Below, one piece after another: positions 7,965-17,370 of a stretch of DNA of 28,097 nucleotides. Positions within the stretch are counted from its first letter, which is position 1; each line of letters starts with the position of its first letter. The DNA comes from Polyangiales bacterium (GTDB lineage Bacteria > Myxococcota_A > Polyangia > Polyangiales > Polyangiaceae): NCBI GenBank assembly GCA_038231275.1, contig JBBRLQ010000055.1, positions 1 to 28,097 on the forward strand, in the 5' to 3' direction. The notes under the pieces were generated by a model. It did no database searches. It was given only the letters and a program-made list of their open reading frames with translations, and had not been told where the DNA came from. Position numbers and translations under genes: made by a program.

Positions 7965-8723
7965 TCAGAACGTCTGCGTGTCGAAGTGAAACACGAAGCC
8001 GTGCGCCTTCGCGGAGAGCGGCTCGATGAAGACGGCTCCATCGCGCCCGCCGCCCTGCCGATGCACCAAATGAGCTCCGCCAGGCCCGTAGCCCGTCGCG
8101 AAGACCGAGATGTGATTCACGTTCGCGAGCGACGCGATCAGGTGCTGCTGAATCGTATCGACGGTGCCCGCGGTGAAGGCCGCGGCATGAAGTCCCAGGT
8201 TCGACACGTAGTCGAGCGTCATCGTGTCGTGCCAGCCTTCGCTCCACGCGCCGTCCGGAAGGGGCGCGTCGATCTCGTCGGTCAGCGCGTCCAGGTTCAC
8301 CGCGACGTCGTACGTGCCCCCGTTCATCGCGATCTGAAGATGCAGGTGCGTCGTGTCGCTGTTGCACGAGTGCTGGTTGGTCGGCACGAGCGCGACGAGA
8401 CGGCCGTCGATCCGGCCGTGCGCCGTCGACAGCGCGCTGCCGAATGTGCTCGTGCACGAGAGGCGCTGCGGCGTCCCGTCCGTGGACGTGCCGGGTCCCG
8501 TGTCGGTCGACGCGTCCGGCGTCGGCGTGGGCCCGCCGTCCGATCCGCTCGGACCGCCGTCGTTCGTCCCACCGCCTCCGTCGACATCCTGCCCCGGCCC
8601 CGCTTCGGACTGCGCCGGCCCCGTCAGCCCCGTCGACGCCGAGCTCCCTCCGCAAGCCGCACACGCGAAGCTGGCGACGAGCAGCAGCGGCACCCGGACT
8701 GACGACGCGACGCGGAGGCGCAT
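7965..8723 (-). CDS. Lipoprotein, His-rich domain resembling DUF2278/YukJ
   Basis: Signal peptide ends CAA-C-GG, followed by a DGG/PT linker. Motifs HLHLQ, YDVAVN, LDY, VF, GAHLVH..G..DGA. Alternative start at 8747. Confidence 0.7.
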   Translation of the reverse strand: MRLRVASSVRVPLLLVASFACAACGGSSASTGLTGPAQSEAGPGQDVDGGGGTNDGGPSGSDGGPTPTPDASTDTGPGTSTDGTPQRLSCTSTFGSALSTAHGRIDGRLVALVPTNQHSCNSDTTHLHLQIAMNGGTYDVAVNLDALTDEIDAPLPDGAWSEGWHDTMTLDYVSNLGLHAAAFTAGTVDTIQQHLIASLANVNHISVFATGYGPGGAHLVHRQGGGRDGAVFIEPLSAKAHGFVFHFDTQTF

Positions 8724-8930
8724 TGGCGAACCGATGTCCGGCGTCATTGGGTTTGATCGAAGAAAGCATGGCAAGAAGGATGGTGGCGGGGTCATCTGGC
8801 GTCGTGTTTACGCTGTAAACTGCGCGCACCTTCCCACGGATCGAGCGGAAATCAAGGCGAGCCAGGCGATAGAATCGGCCACACGGCGGGCAGAGGACGT
8901 CTGCTAGGCTCGGCGCTGGAGGAAGACGCC

Positions 8931-9512
8931 ATGTCGATGGGGGCACTCGCCGTAACGGCGATGGAGGCCGCTTCTGGGGAAGTGAAGCGCGCCAACCAGC
9001 TCTGGGAGGCCTTCGCGCGCGGCGCGGGCCGGGGCTACACGATGCGACCCGGTCACATCGGCTGGTCGCACGCGCTGAACCCGCGCATCGATGGCGTGGT
9101 CGACGACGTCAAGGTGACGCTCGAGTACGTCATCACCGATCTGCAAGGGCGAACGGTGGCGATGGCGACGCCCTCCAAGCCGCTCCTCGGGCACGTCGAG
9201 ATCACGCCCGAAGGGATCGGCTCGCGCCTCGCCAAGCTGTTCGGCGCGCAAGATCTCGTGATGGGCCACGACGCGTTCGACAAGAAGTACATCGTGAAGG
9301 GGACGGTTGAAGCGACCGCAAAGGCGCTCCTCGACCAAGAGGCGTGTGGCCTCCTCTTCGGCATCGATGCGTCGCGCTTCACGTACGACGACGGCGCGCG
9401 CGGCGCAGGCGGCGGCATGGTCACGATCGAGCGACCGAAGGTGGAGAGCCGCGAGGACGTGCTCGACACGATGATGAAGCTCGCCGCGCGCATGGCGAAG
9501 GTCGAAGGCTGA
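8931..9512 (+). CDS. Hypothetical protein
   Basis: GGAGG SD before ATG 8931 and strong GC3 bias. Contains a KLFGAQDLVMGHDAFDKKYIVKG segment of a kind recalled from uncharacterised myxobacterial proteins. Confidence 0.75.
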   Translation: MSMGALAVTAMEAASGEVKRANQLWEAFARGAGRGYTMRPGHIGWSHALNPRIDGVVDDVKVTLEYVITDLQGRTVAMATPSKPLLGHVEITPEGIGSRLAKLFGAQDLVMGHDAFDKKYIVKGTVEATAKALLDQEACGLLFGIDASRFTYDDGARGAGGGMVTIERPKVESREDVLDTMMKLAARMAKVEG

Positions 9513-9637
9513 TCTTTCCAGCACGGACGGTACCTTCCGACGGGAACGGACCGGGCCCGCGTGCGTCTCTTCTGCCGAAAGCGCCGAAATAACCACATTG
9601 CGCCCGCGCAATCGTCTCTCCAGTATGTGCGGCCAAG

Positions 9638-11038
9638 ATCAAGGCCGTCCGCCTCGGGATCCTCGCGTCCCTCCTCCTCCTGGTCACCGTCGTCGCCGCG
9701 TGCAGCAGCGCCAAGAACGGCAACGGCTTCGGGAATGACGGACCCGGCGGTGCGGGAGACGCGAGCGCCGACGGGACGATCGGACCGGGCGGCGACGGCC
9801 CTCTCTTCGGCGGCGACGCCGGTGAAGCGGCGCCCGCGTGCGTCAACCTCCAGTGCAAGCGCCAGACGTGCTCCGGCGGCGTCACGACCACGATCACCGG
9901 CAAGGTCTACGATCCCGCCGGCAAAAGCCCGCTCTACAACGCGATCGTCTACATCCCGAACGCCAAGCTCGATCCGATCTCGGATGGCGCGTCGTGCGAC
10001 AAGTGCGCGGGCTCGGCGTCGGGCGCGCCGGTGGCGACCGCGCTCAGCGACACGACCGGCGCCTTCACGCTGAAGGACGTGCCGATCGGCAGCGACATTC
10101 CGATCGTCATCCAGATCGGAAAGTGGCGTCGTCAGATCACGATCCCGACGGTCACCGCCTGCACCGAGAACAAGCTCGTCGCCGCGCAGACGCGCCTGCC
10201 GGCGAACCAGACCGAAGGGGACATGCCGCTCATCGCGCTGACTGCGGGCTGCGATCCGGTGCACACGCTCATCCAGAAGATCGGCATCGCGAGCAACGAG
10301 CTCACCGACGAGAACGGCAAAGGCACGGTGCACGTCTTCGCGGGGCACGAGGCCAACCAGAACGGCGGCGTCAATTCGGCGACCGACGCCTACGCGTTCT
10401 GGGGCGATCTCAATCGGATGATGAAATACGACATCATCATCAACGAATGCGAGTGCGACCACTACCCGCGTGACACCAAGGGGCCGGCGTACACGAACAT
10501 GGCGGCGTACCTGAACGCCGGCGGGCGCTCGTTCAACTCGCACTTTCACCTGAACTTCTTCGGCGGCGAAGGCGGCAAGAACGATCCCGGCCTCCTCTCG
10601 GTCGCCGACTGGACGCTGTGGGGCGGCAGCAGCCCGTCGTACCCGAACACGATCGACGTGAGCTTCCCGAAGGGCAAGGCGCTTGCCGACTGGCTCCAGA
10701 ACCTGCAGAAGGTGAGCGCGTGGGGACCTGGCATCAAGGTCTCCAGCTACGGTCAGCTCAACGCGGGCCTCGACGGCGACATCCGCGCGACCAAGTCCGG
10801 CATCTCCCAGTCGTGGATCATCAGCGGCAACTCGATCGGGTACATGAGCGTCAATTTCCCGCTCGCGTCGAAGCCCGAGGATCGGTGCGGTCGAGCGGTC
10901 CTCACCGATTTGCACGTCGGGTCCGGCGGCGGCTCCATGATCGAGCAAGAGGCCGCGCTCGAGTTCATCCTGTTCGATCTGTCGTCGTGTGTGCAGGACG
11001 ACAACCAGCCGCCCGCGCCGCCGCCGCCCGTCAAGTAA
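9638..11038 (+). CDS. Lipoprotein with a carboxypeptidase-regulatory-like (prealbumin-fold) domain; start codon anomalous
   Basis: The frame of ORF 10031..11038 is open back to TAA at 9590. It encodes IKAVRLGILASLLLLVTVVAA-C, then CVNLQC...TTITGKVYDPAGKSPLYNAIVYIP...QIGKWRRQ...RLPANQTEGDMP. There is no in-frame ATG/GTG/TTG before 10031, so the start at ATC 9638 is tentative. Confidence 0.75.
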   Translation: MKAVRLGILASLLLLVTVVAACSSAKNGNGFGNDGPGGAGDASADGTIGPGGDGPLFGGDAGEAAPACVNLQCKRQTCSGGVTTTITGKVYDPAGKSPLYNAIVYIPNAKLDPISDGASCDKCAGSASGAPVATALSDTTGAFTLKDVPIGSDIPIVIQIGKWRRQITIPTVTACTENKLVAAQTRLPANQTEGDMPLIALTAGCDPVHTLIQKIGIASNELTDENGKGTVHVFAGHEANQNGGVNSATDAYAFWGDLNRMMKYDIIINECECDHYPRDTKGPAYTNMAAYLNAGGRSFNSHFHLNFFGGEGGKNDPGLLSVADWTLWGGSSPSYPNTIDVSFPKGKALADWLQNLQKVSAWGPGIKVSSYGQLNAGLDGDIRATKSGISQSWIISGNSIGYMSVNFPLASKPEDRCGRAVLTDLHVGSGGGSMIEQEAALEFILFDLSSCVQDDNQPPAPPPPVK

Positions 11039-11051
11039 GCGCGGTCGCGGT

Positions 11052-12143
11052 CTAGGACGCGGCTCGCGCGGAGCGTTCGAGCTCCGGGTACGTCATGTCG
11101 ACGAGCGTCCCCTCGCCCGGGCGCGAGCGGATGTGGAGCACGCCCGACGCGCCCTCGACGATGCGCCGCGTCGTCGCGAGGCCGAGACCGGTGCCGTTCG
11201 GCTTGGTCGTGAAGAGCGGCTCGGTCGCGCGGCGCAGCGTCTCTTCGCTCATGCCCGCGCCGGTGTCGGCGACGCCGATGACGATCCGCGCCGGGGAGCT
11301 CGCGCGCTTCACGTACGACGAGAGCACGACCTTTCCGGGACCCGACACGGCGTCGCGCGCGTTGAGGAGGAGGTTAAGGAGCGCTTGCTCGAGCTGGCCG
11401 CGATCGATGAAGATCGCGGCGCCGTGCGCGGCGAGCTCGAGGTCGAGCGCCACGTGCGGTGGGAGGAGCGCACGGACGTGGCGGGCACCTGCGCGGAGGG
11501 CTTCGTCGACATCGACCGCCTCGGGGCGCGCATTGCTCTTGCCGGCGATGGTGAGGAGCTGGCGCGCGAGGCGCTCGCCGGAGGTCACGGCGTCGAGCGC
11601 CGCCTCGAGGTCGCGCTTGATCGCCGCCGACGCCTGCTCGGACGCGAGGACGCACTCGGCGCGAACGACGAGGAGGATGTTGTTTAGATCGTGCGCGATG
11701 CCCCCGGCGAGCTGGCCGATGGTCTCCATGCGCTTGGCTTGATCGAGGCGCTCGGCGAGGCGGTTGCGCTCGGTGACGTCGGTGAGGGCGGCCATCGACC
11801 GGACGAACTTCCCGTTCGCGTCGCGCTCGGCGGTCGCCGAGAGGAGGACGTCGACCTTCTCGCCGCTCTTCGCCACCATCTGGTACCGCACGTCCTTGCA
11901 CTCGCCGGTCTGGTAGTAGGCCGGCAAGATGACCTCTCGCGCGTAGCGAGCCGACTCCTCGGTGAGGAAATCGGTCGACGGGCGGCCGAGCACTTCTTCG
12001 CGCGTGTAGCCGAGGCGCGTGAGCCACGCGGCGCTGACGCCGACGAGCCGCCCCTCGTCGTCGATGCTGTGGAGCATCGCGGGCGTCCGCTCGTACAGCG
12101 CGCGGAAATAGTCCTCCGCGTCGTTCCCCTCCCGAGTCTTCAC
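11052..12143 (-). CDS. PAS-domain sensor histidine kinase (PAS-HisKA-HATPase_c)
   Basis: PAS: YERTPAMLHSID...LGYTREEVLGR...DVTER. H-box LAGGIAHDLNNIL; N-box QALLNLLLNARDA; G1 DTGAGM; F/G2 EPLFTTKPNGTGLGL. Probable start is GTG 12143. Confidence 0.9.
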   Translation of the reverse strand: MKTREGNDAEDYFRALYERTPAMLHSIDDEGRLVGVSAAWLTRLGYTREEVLGRPSTDFLTEESARYAREVILPAYYQTGECKDVRYQMVAKSGEKVDVLLSATAERDANGKFVRSMAALTDVTERNRLAERLDQAKRMETIGQLAGGIAHDLNNILLVVRAECVLASEQASAAIKRDLEAALDAVTSGERLARQLLTIAGKSNARPEAVDVDEALRAGARHVRALLPPHVALDLELAAHGAAIFIDRGQLEQALLNLLLNARDAVSGPGKVVLSSYVKRASSPARIVIGVADTGAGMSEETLRRATEPLFTTKPNGTGLGLATTRRIVEGASGVLHIRSRPGEGTLVDMTYPELERSARAAS

Positions 12144-12241
12144 GGAGTGGAGGCTAACTCGGACCCTCCGTCCCTGCCACTCGCCCGCTGCCCGCCGTCG
12201 AGAATGAACATCCCGCTGTAGCGCGATCCGTGCCGACCCGC

Positions 12242-13537
12242 CTACTCGGCGATGTAGACGGAGTCGAGCCACGTCGCGGTCGGGCCGGTCGAGCGGAGCT
12301 CCAGCACGTCGCCCTCGGGTCTCGCCGCCGCGGTGCGGTGTAGCGTGACGTGGAGTGTCTGCCCGGCGCTGGCCGACGCGGCGTCGAGGGTGGCCGTAAC
12401 GCTCGCCGTGGAGACGAACGCGTACACGCTCCACGGCGCGAGCGGGCGATCGGCACGAAGGGCCACTTCGATAATCTTCGTTTGTCCGAGCGGCACGCGC
12501 ACGCCACGACCGTGGAATGTGCGCCCCACGAACAGGTCCTTCACCGCGACGTCGTCGGTGGGTACTGGCGCGGCGTCGAAGTACGGGAGCCCCAGGTCCG
12601 GCGCGCACGGATCGATGCCGCGGCCGGCGCGCGCGTTCGAGAAGTACCGCTCCACGGTCGTCCCGAACATCGCAACGCCGACGGTGGGATCGGGCATCGG
12701 TCCGCCGAAGTCGCAAACGTCGCCGATCTCCATGCGATCGCCGACGTGGTCGGGATCCGTACCCACCCACGCGGGATTGGTGGCGGGAAACGGATCGGTC
12801 GAGGCCTCGATGAGCTCGTGCGTCGTCACCGCCATGAACTGATCGGCCGTCTCCGACGGGCAGCGCGGCATCACCGCGTAGGCGAAGTCGGTGAGGCCGG
12901 CGCCCGGGGAAGGCGCGCTGTCGTGGTAGCCGCCGCCGAACGCGCACAGCGGCTGGCCGTCGGGCTCGAGGAAGACGGTTCTGCTCGCGCCGAAGAGCGC
13001 GTAGATCTGAGTTCCGTTCGGCTTCGGCGCGCGCCCGCTCGCGATGGCCTGGGTGACGAGCCCGGGGATGTCGCCGACGGTGATGGTGGCCGGCGCCTTC
13101 GCCGCGAGCACCACCGAGGCGGCGATCGTGATGCTGTCGACCCCGTACTCCTCGAGCCCCTTCCAGTAGGCGGAGCCGGGCAGCTGCGCAAGGACCTGCT
13201 CGACGGTCGCGCGCGCGGTGTCGTCGCCGTAGAAGAGCGGCACCACCACCGGGTGCGGCAGCACGGGGCCGCCGAGGTTGGTCACGCGTCGTCCACGCGC
13301 CGGCCCGGCGTCCGCAATCGCGGCGGCGTCGGCGGCGTCGGCGGCGTCGGCGGCATCGGGCGCGCCCTCGGTACTGGCGTCAGCGCCCACGGCGGCGTCT
13401 GGGCTGGCGGCCCCCGCGTCTCGCTCACCACCGACGGTCCCCGCCTCCGGCACGCCGACCCCGTCCACGCCGCCACCGCTCGAGCAGCCCAACGACACGC
13501 AAGCGACGGCGAGAGCGAGTAACCCACGTCGATCCAT
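12242..13537 (-). CDS. Second PHI-1/EXORDIUM-like lipoprotein
   Basis: GGAGG SD then MDRRGLL; lipobox SLG-C. Motifs NLGGPVL, SAYW...EYGV, GGYH, YAVMPRC, THELIEASTDP, EIGDVC, VERYFSN match the 6240-7589 protein in the same order. Confidence 0.78.
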   Translation of the reverse strand: MDRRGLLALAVACVSLGCSSGGGVDGVGVPEAGTVGGERDAGAASPDAAVGADASTEGAPDAADAADAADAAAIADAGPARGRRVTNLGGPVLPHPVVVPLFYGDDTARATVEQVLAQLPGSAYWKGLEEYGVDSITIAASVVLAAKAPATITVGDIPGLVTQAIASGRAPKPNGTQIYALFGASRTVFLEPDGQPLCAFGGGYHDSAPSPGAGLTDFAYAVMPRCPSETADQFMAVTTHELIEASTDPFPATNPAWVGTDPDHVGDRMEIGDVCDFGGPMPDPTVGVAMFGTTVERYFSNARAGRGIDPCAPDLGLPYFDAAPVPTDDVAVKDLFVGRTFHGRGVRVPLGQTKIIEVALRADRPLAPWSVYAFVSTASVTATLDAASASAGQTLHVTLHRTAAARPEGDVLELRSTGPTATWLDSVYIAE

Positions 13538-13718
13538 CTCACCTCCGCGGAGCAGCTGCATCCAGCAGACTCCGAGGTCGAGTACGACCGCTTCCCTCCA
13601 TCCCTACCCACGGCGCGAAGAGAGTTGGCGGTGCGCGTGCGCCAGCTCACACGATGAGGCGCGCACGCGGGGCTTCTTCAGCTCGAGGAGGTTCGCATCG
13701 GAAAAGTAGGATTCCGAG

Positions 13719-13790
13719 AGGCGCGGATCGGATTCGAACCGACGTATGACGGTTTTGCAAACCGTTGCCTAACCACTTGGCTACCGCGCC
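13719..13790 (-). tRNA. tRNA-Cys (GCA)
   Basis: GGCGCGG acceptor stem; D arm GCC-AAGTGGTTA-GGC; anticodon arm ACGGT-TTGCAAA-ACCGT; T loop TTCGAAT. Discriminator is U. CCA is not encoded. Confidence 0.97.
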
Positions 13791-13871
13791 GAACGAGGAG
13801 AGAACTTCTACTTCGTCTTCTGCGGTTTGCCTAGCCCCTCGCGCGACACGTCGCAGCGGGTCGCGACGCGA

Positions 13872-14807
13872 TCAGCGGCTGACGACGGCGAGCGGGCGGA
13901 TGGAGATGGCGGGGATGTCGAGGCCGCTCGGGCCGAGGCGCGACGAGGCGGGCGAGAGCTCGAACGCGCCGCTCTCGCGGTTCGACGGCTCGTTCGCCAT
14001 CAAAAGGCCGCGCTCGGCGACTTGAATGATCGGGAGGAGATCGACGAGCGGGATGTGCGTCGCGAGGATGTCGGGCGTCGCGATGAGCATCTCGTGGCGC
14101 GCCTGGTACGGCTCGCGGGGGCGCGATTTCTCGTGCTTCATGCGCGCGTCGTCGACGGCGGCGCGGATCTCTGCGGGGACGCGCTCCTGCCAGACGCGCG
14201 CGTCGATGGCGGTGCGGACGTCCCACGCGGACAAGATCGGGCGGCGGTTCATCTCGCCGTCGAAGGTGCAGCGCTCGCTCGTGAGCACGCGGAGGAGCCA
14301 CCCGACGAGCTTCTGGTTCACCGTGGAGTCGTCCTCCCACGGCATGCGCGTGCGGAACTGCGTCCACATCTCGGCGACGGGTCCATAGACGACCATCTCC
14401 TGGGCGGTGAACGCGTCCTCGAAGTCGGTGTCGGTCGCGTCGCCGTGCTCGAGCACCGCGTCGATGAGCGACGCCTGGAACTCCGGCGGCTTGCTGCGCG
14501 CCGCGTTCTTGGGCAGGCCCGTGAGCTGGCTCGTCACGCGCTGGCGGACGTCGGCGCGCTGGCCGAGCCACTGCATGCGCGACGCGGGGCGCCACTGCTC
14601 GCGCGTGAACGCGGTCGTCCACCACGGTACGTTGATCTGGCGGAGCTTGATCCACATCTCCGCCAGCACCTGGAGGTGCGGCCACTTCGCCACGTGTGCG
14701 CGCGCGTCGCGCTTCAACGTGTCGTCGTCGGTGTTCTCTGCGTCGTGGTGCTGTAGCGGCTTGAACGAGTCGACCATCATGTCCTCCGGCGTGCGCGGGG
14801 GGTCCAT
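13872..14807 (-). CDS. Hypothetical cytoplasmic protein (Trp-rich, probably helical)
   Basis: Coding-like composition from MDPPRTPED (ATG 14807). The upstream extension in the ORF track overlaps the next gene and is unlikely. Confidence 0.75.
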   Translation of the reverse strand: MDPPRTPEDMMVDSFKPLQHHDAENTDDDTLKRDARAHVAKWPHLQVLAEMWIKLRQINVPWWTTAFTREQWRPASRMQWLGQRADVRQRVTSQLTGLPKNAARSKPPEFQASLIDAVLEHGDATDTDFEDAFTAQEMVVYGPVAEMWTQFRTRMPWEDDSTVNQKLVGWLLRVLTSERCTFDGEMNRRPILSAWDVRTAIDARVWQERVPAEIRAAVDDARMKHEKSRPREPYQARHEMLIATPDILATHIPLVDLLPIIQVAERGLLMANEPSNRESGAFELSPASSRLGPSGLDIPAISIRPLAVVSR

Positions 14808-14964
14808 TGCAAAGCGTTCGCCAAGCGCGATCGCCCGCTGTTTTCGAGGGTTCCGTGAAATGCAGAGCGCCAGAAAGGTGCCGCTGCGGCCTCGTGGACG
14901 CGTCAAGGCGCTGGCGCCGCCCGCTTCATGCGACAGCCGCGACTCGCGGTGAGAGGATGGCTGG

Positions 14965-17313
14965 ATGCTCCTTCGCGCCGCCGTCCTCCGGGGGACGCTC
15001 GCCGTCGCCCTCGCCTCGACGGTGGCGGCCTTCTCCTCGTGCTCGCGCTCCCGCGTCGAGCACGGCGACGTCGCGGCGGCCGCCTCCAGATCGTCGCCGA
15101 GCCCCTCGCCGGAGTTCGCGGCCAAGCTCGCCGCGGCCCTTCGCGCGAAAGGCCCCTCGTACACACCGAACACTCGTCACAAGAACCCCGACGGCACCCC
15201 GAAGTACACCAACCGGCTCATCCTCGAGACCAGCCCGTACCTCCTGCAGCACGCGCACAACCCCGTGAATTGGTACCCCTGGGGCGACGAGGCGTTCGAC
15301 ACCGCGCGGCGGCTCGGGCGCCCCGTCTTTCTGTCCGTCGGCTACTCGACGTGCCACTGGTGCCACGTGATGGAGGAGGAGTCCTTCGAAGACGACGAGA
15401 TCGCGAAAGCTCTGAACGACGATTACATCGCCATCAAGGTCGATCGCGAAGAGAGGCCGGACATCGACGCCGTGTACATGAGCGCCGTGCAGTCGCTCAC
15501 GGGGAGCGGCGGCTGGCCGATGACGGTCTGGCTGACGCCCGACCGAAAGCCCTTCTACGGCGGCACGTATTTCCCACCGCGCGACGGCGACCGGGGCGCG
15601 CGGATCGGCATCTTCTCCCTCTTGCGGAAGCTGAAGGCGACCTACGACCAGAGTCCCGCGGACACCGAGCGATCCGCGCAGAAGATCGTCGACGAGATAA
15701 GGCGGCAGATGGCCCCCGAGCCGGCGAGCTCTTCGCCGACGGCCGCCACCCTCGATGCCGCCGCCTCGTTCTACGCCAGCCGCTTCGATTCTGCGTACGG
15801 CGGCCTCCGCGGCGCGCCGAAGTTTCCGAGCAGCCTCCCCGTGCGCTTTCTCCTGCGCGAGCATCGGCGGACCGCGAATCCCGAGCTCCTCCGGATGGCG
15901 ACGCTGACGCTCGAGAAGATGGCGAACGGAGGCATCCACGATCAGATCGGCGGGGGGTTTCACCGCTACTCGACCGACGAGCGATGGCTCGTGCCCCATT
16001 TCGAGAAGATGCTCTATGACAATGCGCTCCTGACCCTCGCGTATGTCGAGGGCAACCAGGCGACGCGCTCGGCCGATCTCGCGGACGTCGCCCGCAGAGT
16101 CCTCCTGTATGTCGACCGCGAGATGACCGCTCCCGAGGGGGCGTTCTACTCGGCGAGCGACGCCGACAGCCGCGACCCCAGCGGCCGCCTGGAGGAGGGC
16201 TGGTTCTTTACCTGGGACCCCGCCGAGATCGAAGCGGCGCTCGGGGCCGATCTCGCGCGCCTCGCGGAGGGTTACTACGGGGTCACTGCGGGCGGCAACT
16301 TCGATCGACGCAGCGTTCTCAACGTCCCTCACACGCTCGCCGACGCCGCGCGGGCGCTGCGCGTGCCGGAGCAAACGCTCGGAGCGTCCCTTCGGGACGG
16401 GCGCGAGCGGCTCTACGCGACGCGCGCCAAACGCCCGCCGCCCCGGCGCGACGACAAGATCCTGGCCGCGTGGAACGGCCTCATGATCTCGGCGCTCGCG
16501 AAGTCCGCGCTGGCCCTCGGGGACGCGACCTATGCGGATCGCGCCGCCCGCGCCGCCGCCTTCGTCCTCGGTCACATGAGAAAGGATGGTCGTCTCCTCC
16601 GCAGCTTCAAGGACGGCGCAGCCGTTGGCGACGCGTACCTCGACGACTACGCGTTCTTCGTCGCCGGGCTCCTCGATCTCTACGAGGCGACCGGCGCCGT
16701 TCGCTGGCTCGAGGAGGCGATCGCCCTGGAGGCGACGCTGGAAGGGCACTACGCGGACGAGGCAGGCGGGTTCTTCCAGACGAGCGACGACCACGAGAAG
16801 CTCCTCGCCCGCGAGAAGCCGGCCTACGACGGCGCGGAGCCCTCGGGCAACTCCGTCGCGGCGCTGGACCTGCTGCGGCTGTACGAGCTGACCACGAAGG
16901 ACGGCTATCGCCAGCGTGCGGAGCGACTGCTCGGCGCCTTCGGCGGGGTGCTGGCGCGCGCGCCAAGCGCCCTGTCGGAGATGCTGCTCGCCGTTGACTT
17001 TCTGCGCGACGTTCCGAAGGAGATCGTCATCGTCACCCGCGGCGCGCGCGCGGAGGCCGAGCCTCTCCTCGCGAAGCTCCGCGACGTTTACCTCCCGAAC
17101 CGCGTGCTCGTGGTCGTCTCCGAAGGGGCCGACCTCGCCGCACTCGCGCGGATCGTACCCCTCGCCGACGGTAAGGCCGCGCGCGGCGGTCGGCCGACCG
17201 CCTACGTCTGCGAGAGGACGGCGTGCGAGCTCCCGACCACCGATCCAGAGGTCTTCGCGAACCAGCTGCGCGCAGGCAAGGGCGCCCCGCCGCGAAAGGC
17301 GCTATCGCGATAG
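14965..17313 (+). CDS. Thioredoxin-domain protein of the YyaL/SSP411 (DUF255 + alpha/alpha-barrel) family
   Basis: [74 protein letters not shown]...[34 protein letters not shown]. Confidence 0.95.
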   Translation: MLLRAAVLRGTLAVALASTVAAFSSCSRSRVEHGDVAAAASRSSPSPSPEFAAKLAAALRAKGPSYTPNTRHKNPDGTPKYTNRLILETSPYLLQHAHNPVNWYPWGDEAFDTARRLGRPVFLSVGYSTCHWCHVMEEESFEDDEIAKALNDDYIAIKVDREERPDIDAVYMSAVQSLTGSGGWPMTVWLTPDRKPFYGGTYFPPRDGDRGARIGIFSLLRKLKATYDQSPADTERSAQKIVDEIRRQMAPEPASSSPTAATLDAAASFYASRFDSAYGGLRGAPKFPSSLPVRFLLREHRRTANPELLRMATLTLEKMANGGIHDQIGGGFHRYSTDERWLVPHFEKMLYDNALLTLAYVEGNQATRSADLADVARRVLLYVDREMTAPEGAFYSASDADSRDPSGRLEEGWFFTWDPAEIEAALGADLARLAEGYYGVTAGGNFDRRSVLNVPHTLADAARALRVPEQTLGASLRDGRERLYATRAKRPPPRRDDKILAAWNGLMISALAKSALALGDATYADRAARAAAFVLGHMRKDGRLLRSFKDGAAVGDAYLDDYAFFVAGLLDLYEATGAVRWLEEAIALEATLEGHYADEAGGFFQTSDDHEKLLAREKPAYDGAEPSGNSVAALDLLRLYELTTKDGYRQRAERLLGAFGGVLARAPSALSEMLLAVDFLRDVPKEIVIVTRGARAEAEPLLAKLRDVYLPNRVLVVVSEGADLAALARIVPLADGKAARGGRPTAYVCERTACELPTTDPEVFANQLRAGKGAPPRKALSR

Positions 17314-17370
17314 GCCCAGAGTCGTTTCGCAGCGTCAGCGACGACGGTGCTGACGCGCGGGGAGCCGGCG

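Noticed and set aside
12144..12947. 631-aa version of the histidine kinase
   Set aside because: The extension overlaps the 12242-13537 gene in another frame and is Arg-rich noise.
13319..13360. 9-bp repeat here and the 12-bp repeat near 6571-6620
   Set aside because: They encode ordinary ADA and GGTD linkers.
3308..13790. Genomic island integrated at tRNA-Cys
   Set aside because: No integrase, no duplicated tRNA 3' end found by eye, and no evident compositional shift.
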